This document shows positions 49,140 to 60,600 of a DNA stretch of 64,000 nt, piece after piece. Both the position numbers and the translations under genes were made by a program. The notes below the pieces were generated by a model. That model was given only the letters and a program-made list of their open reading frames with translations, searched no databases and was not told the origin of the DNA. How positions within the stretch are numbered: the first letter of the stretch is position 1; the number at the start of each line of letters is the position of its first letter. This DNA is from Bugula neritina (Eukaryota; Animalia; Bryozoa), in NCBI GenBank assembly GCA_964035545.1, contig OZ037770.1, positions 11,800,463-11,864,462 on the forward strand, written 5' to 3'.

Positions 49140-51850
49140 TTTTGCAGTTATAGAGTATTAATTTTCTGGCTCTTTCCAAATCTTCATAGAAGGCAAAGAA
49201 AACCACCGTCAGCTTGCCTTTATAACTGAGTGCAAGCTTCTTCCACCTACAGATGATGATAAACAATTTGCTGATGTGGAACTTTCTAATTTTGTTTACA
49301 ATGAAGATAGATTATAGGACATTATTCTTTATGTAAAGATTGTCAAGTTTTGTTATAATTAAGAACAGTTTTAGTTTCAATAAATCAGTTCAACATTACG
49401 GACATCATTGCACAAACATTTTAATCTTTACTACCTACAAAGGTATCTGATGGACTACTTGAAAATACAAAACTATACTCCAGATACACAATGAACTGAC
49501 CAGCAAAGTTAAAATGAGTTGGAGATGTAGAACATAATATTTTGTTCAAGGCTTTTCCCTGCTGTTGGAACCTTCTACTTCAGAACACTGAATTGAACAA
49601 ACATATGTAGATATATAAAACTTTGCAAACAATAATAATGTGAAATTAGTTGCTAAGTATCACATTGCTAATAAATACAGCGTTGTGTAATGTTTTATTT
49701 AATTTTTTTTGAGCCATTTGATCTATAGGCCCGCATAGTAATTACTATATTATAACTAATAAATGGCAGACACATTATGTCAGACCAGTCTCCATTTAAA
49801 TAGAATAGTGTAGGCTATCAAATTTGTAGAAGTAAAAAACTTTCTTATTGAGTAAAATACTTACCTTTTTTTTCATGATGCCTCTACTGCTAAAAAGAGA
49901 AGTTTTTATCAATACAGCTCCATCAATCTGTATCCCGATGAAGCTAGTAGTTTAGGAACATTTGTGGCGGGGAGTGTAGGCTGAGCTGCAGTATAGGAAG
50001 AACCCCAACATATGTAATCTATTCAGCACATTATATGTATTGTAGAAATTTATTCAAAAAAGAATTTAGAAAATGCTTTATGAAGCATGAACAAAGTAAA
50101 AATTAATGCTGGTGAAAGTAATATTATTACACCCATTAGAGTTACTAGCAGCTATAGCATTAAAATTTGTATTTTTATAAAATGTGTCTAATTTATGCTA
50201 CAAAGTTATTACTGCCAAAGGTTACAAAATTTACCAGTCGCATTCATGCAGCTGATGGAGAATAACTAACCTTCACATGCAATAAATACAATTAGTAGCT
50301 CAATCTAAAACTAATGTTATGAGTATAAGTTATAGTTATTCTAAGGAATAATTGCAAAAAAAGTTACTTGGAGGAATTTAACTCTTATTATAATGTAATT
50401 ATCTTCCAAGATATATTACAACATCACTACTTGGATGCATACAATGTCATATTTATATTGGCATCAACATAATTTTCAATAATTTCCAATCTATTAACTT
50501 GAGCATTATGATTGTGATTATTTTTTAAATAAGGCGATGATTAGGCACTGTTGGTATTTTGGTTCAATTTATTTATAACTGTAACAGGCAGAGTTGTAAA
50601 TATAATGGATATATCAAAATTCCAATGGGTATAGTACTCTAACACAACATTGATACTAATAATTGTAGTCACTTACTCTTAGAGTTAGTGAATGATGATA
50701 CAGTCATAACAATTTGAATATCAATCAGCATTAGAGATAGACTGACTGCTTTATAATATTATAGTTATTATGTCAAATTGAATTTATTCACTATAACTAA
50801 AAAAATTATGATTATAATTATAAATTAAAATAATTTAAATATTATATAATATATTGATAATTATTGGAATCATAATTATATTTATTGTTATGATCATTAT
50901 GATTATAATTATTTAATATTATCTTTATGTTTGTATTTAAAGTTGTTCCTTAAATCTAAAGTTGTTTAAGTTTTATAAATTTATTATAATTATATTACTG
51001 TATAAGTATTGCTATTAGTATTAGTATAATTAAATTATTATAATTTATATTTTATTATTTATATTTATTTTACTTTTTATTTTAAGACCAACAGTTCAAA
51101 TTAATACTTGTGTCGTTTGCTTTATATTATAACTTACAAGTATAACTATTAACATAATAATATTAGATTTGCTATTAGTATTACTATGAATATAAATATT
51201 TATGTTAATATAGCTATCGGTATAACTTATACTTATAGTTATAACTAATATTACAAGTATTACTGTTAGTATTACTGTATTAGTTTCGAAACTGATCCTG
51301 CTCCGTAACATTTACATACTGATACTGTCATATGATTATCATTATGACTAATAAGTAATAATGGTATTAATAAATATAACCATTGAATATTATTAATAAT
51401 AGTTCACCAATACTAATAGGCGATAGTCATAGACTTAGAGTGAGAGTCATAGACATAGACTAGTGATACTCATACTGATAGTCATAGTGATAGTCATAGT
51501 GATACTCATACTGTGATTCACTGATTCAATTACAAATTTTAAAACTTGGTTTCACGTAAACAACTACTAACCTATACTTCATCACAAAACGGTTGAAAAT
51601 CATCATTTACTGCATATTTAAGAGTAATTTTCTGGTAGTGTGGTCGACATGATAATTGAAATTAAAATAGGAAAAATAATTATTTTGTGATTTACAGCAA
51701 GTTACAAACTAGCGAAATGGAATAGTCTATTTGAAAACAGTCAAATTAGTTACCTTTCTTGATGTTGCGTAGCTAACGTTAGTTATTAGTAGCCGCCCGA
51801 AGAGTAACATTCATGTGATTTGAGCTACGAATAACGAGAATCTGTGACAA
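49140..51850 (-). pseudogene. Decayed spliced transcription unit, possibly a Mutator-like transposase remnant
   Basis: Exon-like segments with donors near 51753, 50234 and 49864. The segment ~49985-49865 translates ...LLASSGYRLMELY* and contains stops; GYRL resembles an N-terminal motif of animal Mutator-like transposases. Confidence 0.25.
51140..51530. repeat. Degenerate hexamer array (CATAGT/GATAGT)
   Basis: Read directly; reverse complement of the unit at 47470-47620. Confidence 0.75.
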
Positions 51851-51935
51851 ACCCGCTTCTTAATAACTTTACGCGAAATAAACTCACGCTACAATAGGGC
51901 TATTTTGCCATCCCCACGTCAGAATAGGACACGGA

Positions 51936-51967
51936 GGGCAAGCTCGCGGGCAAGTCTGGGCAAGTCT
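51936..51967. promoter_or_regulatory. p53/p63-family response element (three perfect half-sites)
   Basis: GGGCAAGCTC-gc-GGGCAAGTCT-GGGCAAGTCT; each decamer fits RRRCWWGYYY and the last two have zero spacer. Confidence 0.7.
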
Positions 51968-53166
51968 AAGACACCTAATATGACCACTTTTACTTGCATT
52001 TTTGTAGTGTTTTCGTATAAGAAATTGGATAAAATGCTGATAAAACAGTTGAAAAGCATGCAAACTTTTGCTCAAATGTAATAAATAACCTGGATGCTTA
52101 CGGCCTTTAAGCACACTCCCATGTGAATGCGCCTTTACATCATTTTGCATATTCAATTATGCCAAAAGTATGCATAAATACTTAATCTTTTTGTTTATGT
52201 ATGCAGTGGTGTGTTCAAATGAATAAGCTTTGAAAGAACAATAGAAGTCAGTCAAGCAGTGAATGTAAAAGCTAATTAAAACTTTGAGCCTTTTCCAAAG
52301 CAGGTTTTAAATAGATTTTAAAGCAGCTCACCGGCTCGCCCATATTGCACTATTAAATTGTAAAAAGGTTTTATTGCATCATCTAATATTTCCTGTTTGA
52401 CTCAATCTAGATTTTAAGATGAAAAAGTGACACCCAAACCATGCTTACTCCATGGGAAGTACACATAATTTCTTATAATCTACAAACTTTTTCAGGATTA
52501 ACTTTGGTGAAACAGTCCTCTTGTCTCAGTATGTAAAGAAAATCAGTTTTATTAAAAAAAATAAGAACAAATTTGTAAAGTGGGCTGTAGGGGGTCTTTC
52601 CAAGAGCTAAACAGAAATATAATGTAGTAGTAGATAAGCAAACTGGGTATATTTTTGAAAAATTATATTTCTGTTAAAATTTTATAGTTTTTTGGTTATT
52701 TTGTAAAACATAATGTTACACAAAGGATGAAAAGCATTGAATTAAATATATAATAACAATTATTTTAAAAATCAATGGACATGTGTTCTGTTCTCACATG
52801 CAGCTATAAACAAAATTCATTGATTTGTAGCAAAATAAACTCAAAAGCTGCATTTCTTTGGTTAACGAATTACAAAAACTGAAAACTGTTAGTTGCAAAT
52901 GCTTATATTATGTTACTGAAATAAAATGCTTGTGATGAAATACTGATTATAGTATTAACAGCAATAGTCTGCGATAACATGACACATGTTAGGATACAAT
53001 ATGACAGCAATAAACACTTCCGAAATGAATGGCTGAAATATTTGCTGTGGTAAGTTCACTAGATGTAGAGGTGTTGAAACACAGTACTGATAAAGTAGCA
53101 TTCATGGGAACAATGGAATGGGATTTGAGTGCTAAGAAGATTACAGTAGATTCTTATTAAACATAA

Positions 53167-56100
53167 TAGTCTAGAAGTAACCTCCCAAAAAGTGCTCAAA
53201 AAATTGACTTATTACACTTTACTAGGTGGCCACTCAAAAAAAGTTGTTTCTATATCAGAATTTTGTGCTGATTCTGAATCTACAAACTCTAGAATTCTAT
53301 CTCTACCCAAACTCAAGTTATTGAAAAAACAAACCGACATTTTGAATGGGTGATAAAAATAAATGTGGATTGTGCAAAATAGTATCCAATTTTATCAAGC
53401 TATTTTGAAGAAAAAATATTTGCTGTAATACCAAAAATAATTGCCTCTTACTTAGAATTCTATGCTGATACTGAATTTAAAGACTGCAAGGCACTATCTC
53501 AAATTAAAACCAAGTTGTTTATCTAAACATATATGTTTGTTATGAATCGACATATTGCATGCGGCATAAGCATGCAGAATAATTTTATGACCAAGCTATT
53601 TATACAAAAATAAAAACAAAGTCATGCTGATGTGTGAAAAAATTATATTTATAAAATCATAGCACAAAATAAATGTTGAAATGAACAAATATTGAAATCT
53701 TTTGAGCACAGCCCAAGTGAATCATTTGCTAGTCTGTCAGTAACCGTTAAACATCTGCAAAAATCAACAAGATTCTGTAAAATTATTTAGAGGAACAGAA
53801 GCATGAGAGATGATCAAAATCAAATTGGTTGCATCAAAATATATAACAAATGTCTAAAAATATTGCTTTATTATGAAAAAGTATTCTCGCCATCATTGTC
53901 ACTGCCGTCAGTCTCATCAGCTTCTTCCCCAATATAGAGCTTCTTTTCAGACAATCCTTACATTGACAAACATCAGTGCATGCACTGCATTTGAGACTTC
54001 TGACATCCACATCTTGATATGTTGCAGTTGGTTTTACAGGAGCAGTTTAAATTTTGCAATATACATGTTCAGGTGTGGAAGCTTGAATCATCTACTTTAT
54101 ATTTATGCTGCCATGATTCTCAACAATCTTTTCATAATGTTCTGGGGGTGGTGCATCAATATAGGCTGTTGTCACCCTTCTTCAAATGGTTGCCTGATAA
54201 ATTGCTCTTTTTACGTGCAAATTTAATTAATCTTTTGTTGGAGGCAAACTGTATTAAGTTATTTTAGACGGCGAACAAAATACAGTGTATCGGACATTAT
54301 CTATATTTGAATTTCCTGCTCCATAAAGTTTATAGACAAATTATTCTACTTCAGCTGCTGTAATGGCTTACAGCTTAAAATATTTCCCAAGGTGTTTAAA
54401 GCTTCCCATACATGAATATTGTCTCGAAAGAAAGTAGGCTGTGCGCTATCCTTTTCCATAAAAAGCACTATAGTCGAATAACAACCTGTTAAAGCATGAA
54501 ATCTAGTAAGTGCTGCACACAACTGCATGCGGTCTGGATTTATTTGCTGCAATGTTGACATCCAAATACCTAATATGATTATGGTTTCCTCCCACCTAGA
54601 CGCTGTTTTTATTTTGTTACCATATATCAATATTACCTATATAACTGTTGAATTGATTGCTAAATAGCTAATATGCTAATAGCTATAGTAGCTAACATGA
54701 ATTATCTAGAATAATATTTTATTATTTTTACGAATTTGTGTGAGGCAAAAAGTAGTAATACATTAATAATAGTCACTATATATCTTTAATGGATGCTTAT
54801 TAACAAAAAATCTTTTCAAACAACAGGCAAGATGTATAGAATATACAAAATTAATAAGTTAATGCAAATCAAAGGAATTTATTTATGTGCTAAATAACAA
54901 GCAATTGATCCAAGTTTATTTAAATATACATATATTTCAATAATATTAAAATAAGTTGCATACATGAAAATACATTTTACCAAAATAAATAACCAGCGTC
55001 TAAGTAGGAAATTTAGCTTAGTCTTTATCTGGGATGACACCATGATTATGACACCCGTGTAAAAATATAATTGGTAAGAAGGTAATGTTTTGCTAATAGC
55101 GAGACTTAGGATGAAAACATCAGTGTCTTGAGATTTGATTATTGCATGTAGGATTATGATGTTCATAAGATATTTTGCATGTAACAAAGTTTGTGTATCT
55201 GCTTCCTTACGATCTAATTGTAAGCATTTGAGTTCTGATTCCTTAAGAATTCCACCATGTTTGAAAAATTGTAGCTGAGCGCAATTTTTTTTGGTATGCA
55301 ACAACTATAATAATAATATTGTTCTCTAAAATATTTTTACTCTATGTTTCACACAAAAATGCACCAGTCTCACACTCAGCTTGTTTTATTTGCTGATAAG
55401 AAATTATTATTTTTGTGACAAATGGCACACAGGAAAAAAGTACATGCCTATGATCTTTGAATAAGGCAGCCCAAGATCATTTTTCTAATGGTTGGCCTAA
55501 ATATAACCATATATATTTTAAATTATAGGGAAGCTTTAGGGTATTTCTTCTGTAACTATAACTGAGCTAAATTGACTCTAGAGTCATTATATTAAGATAG
55601 TATAAAAATATGCATTTTAAGTAATAGCATTGTTTTAAAAACCAAATTGCTTATTTATATATAGTTCAGCCTAAATTTATTGGCAAAGCTCAATCGTACA
55701 CATTTAAAATATTATCTTCTGGAGTCCAGATCAACCTGCTCATGCTTCGATCATTACTTTTTTGTAAAAGTAGTTATTATAATAAAAATTGTGAAGAAAA
55801 TCATTGTCAGACACAGATTTACTTATAATTCGGCTTTTTTATAGTTGATCAATTATGTTTGCCTTAAACTAAAAAAACCCATTCCATTGCTTGTTTTCGT
55901 CCATACAGTCCACTTATTTTCAGTTTTTTTCACAAGAAAATCACTAGAATTAAACTAAGAGAAATGAAAAATACATCTATGATTATCTGCAAAAGTTTTT
56001 GCTTGTATATATAATAAACTAGCTTCAATAATTTCAAGATAATATTTAATGAATTTGGACAAAGTTGTGGGGAAACAACTCCTATAAAATTTCAAAGAGC

Positions 56101-56439
56101 TTTTGTGACTAACTGGGTGGACAGAAAAATTTAGAGTTTTTATAACAGAAAAGTGAAAAGAGTATCTATAATTATCAGCAAAATTATTTTGCTTATATAA
56201 AATAAATTAGCTTGAATAATTTCAAGATATTTAGCCGATTCACAAAAACGTTAAGAGAAAACAACTCCTGATTAATTTTAAAAGTTTGAAGCGCTTTTGT
56301 GGCTAACTGGGTGCACAGAAAAGTCTAGAGTTTTCACAGATTAATTAGGACCCTTCAAACTCTCCATTTCTAAAAAAATTGCGTGGCCACCCCTCGGAGT
56401 GTAATGAGTGAAAGATAATTGGAGGTTACTTCTAGACTA
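53167..56439 (-). mobile_element. Second Academ-superfamily DNA transposon (different family, decayed)
   Basis: Perfect 19-bp TIR TAGTCTAGAAGTAACCTCC; 3-bp TSD TAA (53164-53166, 56440-56442). Minus-strand remnants KEADTQTLLHA, IKSQDTDVFIL, FHALTGC.ST (XPG/FEN-like) and a terminal Cys cluster (SCKTNCNISRCGC); ~190-bp subterminal repeats. Confidence 0.88.
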
Positions 56440-56743
56440 TAATATACTATTTTAAATTTTGTTATCGTCTACAACTCTGTCAAGATATGCGGTTAGTAAT
56501 CTGCAATATTTCAAGATATAATCTCAAGCTAATGGAAAATTAATCTGTTTGGTGATTAGTTGAACCAATCACGAGTGGTATTGACAATATCTCTCTCACG
56601 GTACATTATGTTCAACATAAATTATCATAATAATATATAATGTTTTATTTTAATGCAGAGCAGGCTTGCTATGGCTTACCAAATAGCAACATCCTTTCTT
56701 CGGGTCACACCCAAGGCCTTTTGCCAGCCTGAAAAGGCGGAGC

Positions 56744-56862
56744 TTATAATAATACACCTGAAGATGCAATTGATGGCTGCTAGCTAATAAAAACAATGTA
56801 TCAAGTTGGTGAAGGCAGATTGGTGTGAGAAAGCAGTGAGGCCACTAGGGAAACACTGCCAG
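56744..56862 (+). promoter_or_regulatory. Candidate promoter and non-coding first exon of the collagen gene
   Basis: TATA-like cTTATAAT near 56744, perfect donor CAG|GTAAGT at 56862/56863, and an acceptor at 57671-57672 just before the ATG. Confidence 0.45.
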
Positions 56863-57680
56863 GTAAGTTTAAATTCCATCTCCACACTACAAGCTAACAA
56901 TAATAGATATTACATTTAAGATTTATTAGGTGATACCTACACTACATTGCACTTTTAAGTTACAACTTTTCTTATAAAGAGATAATTGGTATCTAACGTT
57001 TCAACTCTTTAAATGTATTTTATTTACTTTGGAATAGTTGCCTTTGGATTTATTTTATAAAATAAGTCTAATACCACATTTATGATTTATGCATCTGGTA
57101 AAACTACCTTTTCAGATTTTCAGATTTTCTGAATATCTTAGATTTACCCCATTGCATTCTTAAACTACTCTCTATATAAACAGTTCAAATTACAGAAAAA
57201 TGCCTTATACATTTGAAAATAATAGTTTTATAGAAACGAAATCTAAAAAGACATTTTACTTAACTTTGCACTGCTATGCTATACATATTTTATACATTTT
57301 CATACGCGCTAATAAAATATTTTTTTACAATCAAAATGATACTCAATTATTCAGAAACCCAAACAAACAAACTGTAAAAGTTGTTTTAAACGACATTGTT
57401 GCATAAATTGCAAAAATTCACCAATAGCCTTTCTACATTGTACTACAAATAAAACTTATATGAGTTTGTAACAAAATATTATGTGTAAAATGCCTTTAAT
57501 GACTATATTGAATCATTATGAATGTTTACATAAAAGGCATTCTAAATAGAGACTCATGTAGTATGCATGCTATGCTGTAGCTAGTAGGGTATAATATGTA
57601 TGATGTTACAACTCAATGCAAAAATATATAGATTTCTTTTAAGAAACTACATGAATATTTCATATTTCTAAGGAAGCACA

Positions 57681-60600
57681 ATGCATATCCAGAAGCTTTC
57701 AACCTTTTCCATCGTGGTGTCATGCACTATATTCACCTCTTTGGTAATCTCTGGATCCATCTTTGCTACATATCTCCTCAACAAACTAGATCTCCTTGAA
57801 TCCGAGGTGAGGAATTTACGTAATCTGTGTAGTATATCACATACCACTGCATTGTTTGCGGGGTTTCCATGACTACTAAAAATACACATGTTCTTGTTGC
57901 TAAGGCGTGACTGTTGACACAAGGTATTGTCAATCTAACTCAAGTAGAAACTGATTTGAAATGTCAAGACTTTATGCAAATAAAACACCATCTGTTGGGT
58001 AATTTGCCATAGTTTCTAGGTTTGAAAATGCTGAGGCTACAGATTTTTGGCTAAGAACTCTTAAATATTTTATGTAAAAAGCTGTGAGCATAAGCGTAGT
58101 TGACACCTGTTAAACTTCCAGTCATAAAAGGATTATTCTGTGCAACAGTAGACCTTTGTATAGCTTAATGCAAGCATTTAGAAGTAGACATTAATCCCAA
58201 AAATATGCAAAACAAGGCATTTTTTATATAAGTACGTCATATCTGTTTTTGTGTTTACAGATCTATCTTTCCTTTTGGGTAGCATTAGAACAATAGTTTT
58301 ATTTCCAATGATTGATTGAGAAATGTTGAATGTATCTTTAGTTGAAGTTTGTAGAAATTATCTTTTCTTGCAACAGAAATTTTAGTAATTCTGTCAGCTA
58401 GGGTATTAAATGAAAGAGTGAAGTGTGCAGTAGCCAATTATATCAGTCTTTTACCCGATTTGTTTTTATTTTAATAAGATGCCATCCACGTAGCTTAAGT
58501 ACAATAATATATGTTAAAATAATAAGTTTTCTGTTTATACATTTCTATACAATCACTAATTTTGAGATTTTATATGTATGATTTTAAAACTTTATTAGAA
58601 TAGCAATTTTATTTAAAAGCTTTATAAATGATTCATTTATTACTATAAAGAAATCAATATAAAATTATATTGGTCATAAATTATGGAGTTAGAAAAAGTT
58701 TCATCACAATTCTGAAATTTGCTTTTGTTTGTTTGAAGGCTCTGCAGGGTAGTTAAATTATATATGATGTTAAATGAACTATTTTCTATAAATAATGCAA
58801 AATAATATTTTATGTTTCAGCTCGTTGACCTACATAAGCTACCAGATGTAAAGCCATCACAGGTAAGATTTTCAACAGTGTATTTACAATCTTGCTTTAA
58901 ATTACAACATTTACCTATGGTCATGCAATAAAAATGTTGTGTATATGTGAAAAAGTCAATAATTTAAGTTTTCCATGAGTTCCAAATTGGGAAAAACCCA
59001 TTATATTTTTTGCGTAAATTACGTAATTTGCAAAGTTTATTTTGTTTGTGCTTCAAGTTTTCTGAAATTAGTAAATATAATTTTTAGATATGATTTTCAA
59101 ATTTTGAGCCTCCTATCATTATAATTATAATTTAAGAATCTTGTTTAGTAACAATTTTCCTTTAATATGCTTTCGATTTCACAAAACAAGTCTGTGTTAC
59201 AGTTGTTCAGAGTTAAAAGAGATGATGACGACGACTACCACACTACTACCACCCAGAGATCTCACTCTGTCTCCAAGTGCCCAGCCTCTTGCCCACCTGG
59301 TCCACCAGGACCTCCTGGACCTCCCGGTTATCCAGGAGTAACCCATTCTCCTCCACCAGGTAATAGGTGATGAGTGTTTAACATAACACATTCTCTTATG
59401 TTGGTCCTGAAACAAAACTATGTCAGTACGTTATTATATTGATAGAGAAACGTAGAGTTAAGTGTCATGTCTAGAAAATTGCGAAAGAAACTGTTCTGTT
59501 AACACTATTATAGTAGTTTGTGTCTTTTTTTTAATTTTAATCTAATATGCAGCCCAAAATAGAAGGAAAATCTCAAAATTTAAAATTTAAAAATGACACT
59601 AATCAAAGACTGCATAGATTTTAAAAAAATCAGATCCAGTGTTTTGATTGGAGCAACAATGAATACATAATTCTGATCATTGCAGGTCCACCTGGACCAA
59701 AAGGTCCATCTGGAGATGTGGGAGCAGCTGGAAGATCAGGACCCCCAGGTAAGGCTGGTGAAAGAGGCGCTCCTGGAGGTGGGGTTGCAGGTCCAAAAGG
59801 TGCCAACGGACCAATTGGTGATGCTGGATCTAGAGGCCGAAACTACCGTGGCAAAAAGGGAGAAGCTGGAGAATCTGGACCTGCAGGTAAATTTCAGCAC
59901 TTTTAAACTCAATCTGTTGTTTTAAAAAATATATAAGAGTCATTTTTAGTTTTAATCAGTACGAAGATATTTAGTGTAAGATGAATCTTGCACTTTTAAA
60001 GTTTGAATATTCAAATCCGGATCAAAGGTTTGTGGTTTTCTGAACTGGTAGGATGTTATTATATTAAGTTTCTAAAACTGTTTAGCATTACCTTATAGTT
60101 CACTTTATGCATTCAGGAATTCCCGGTAAAGACGGACTTCCTGGTGAGCGTGGTGATGATAACACCAGACCAGGTCCAAGAGGCTACAGAGGGCCTAAAG
60201 GACAACCTGGTGATGCTGGAGTAAAGGGACCTGTCGGTAAACAAGGACGTGAAGGTGACAGAGGAAGAGTATGTATTAGTACTATAATATGAAATTTCAA
60301 ACCGACTAAATTGTTCCAAGTCTTTGATCTAATTTTCAATTTTTTGTGAAATAATTTTTTTATAATTTTAATTTCTCATGTTGTTGCTGAACTTTTACAG
60401 ACAACTTTATAAGCAAATTAAGTATACATCAGGAATACTTCAGGTGTTGAATATTTAACTATCACCAACTCGTTGCAGCATCAAGTAGTTACAAATAGTA
60501 TGATAGCAAAATGATGTCACTGTTACAGAGATACAAAGGACCTAAAGGGGCCAAAGGAGATGATGGACTAAACGGTGTATCATCTAAAGTCAAAGGAATG

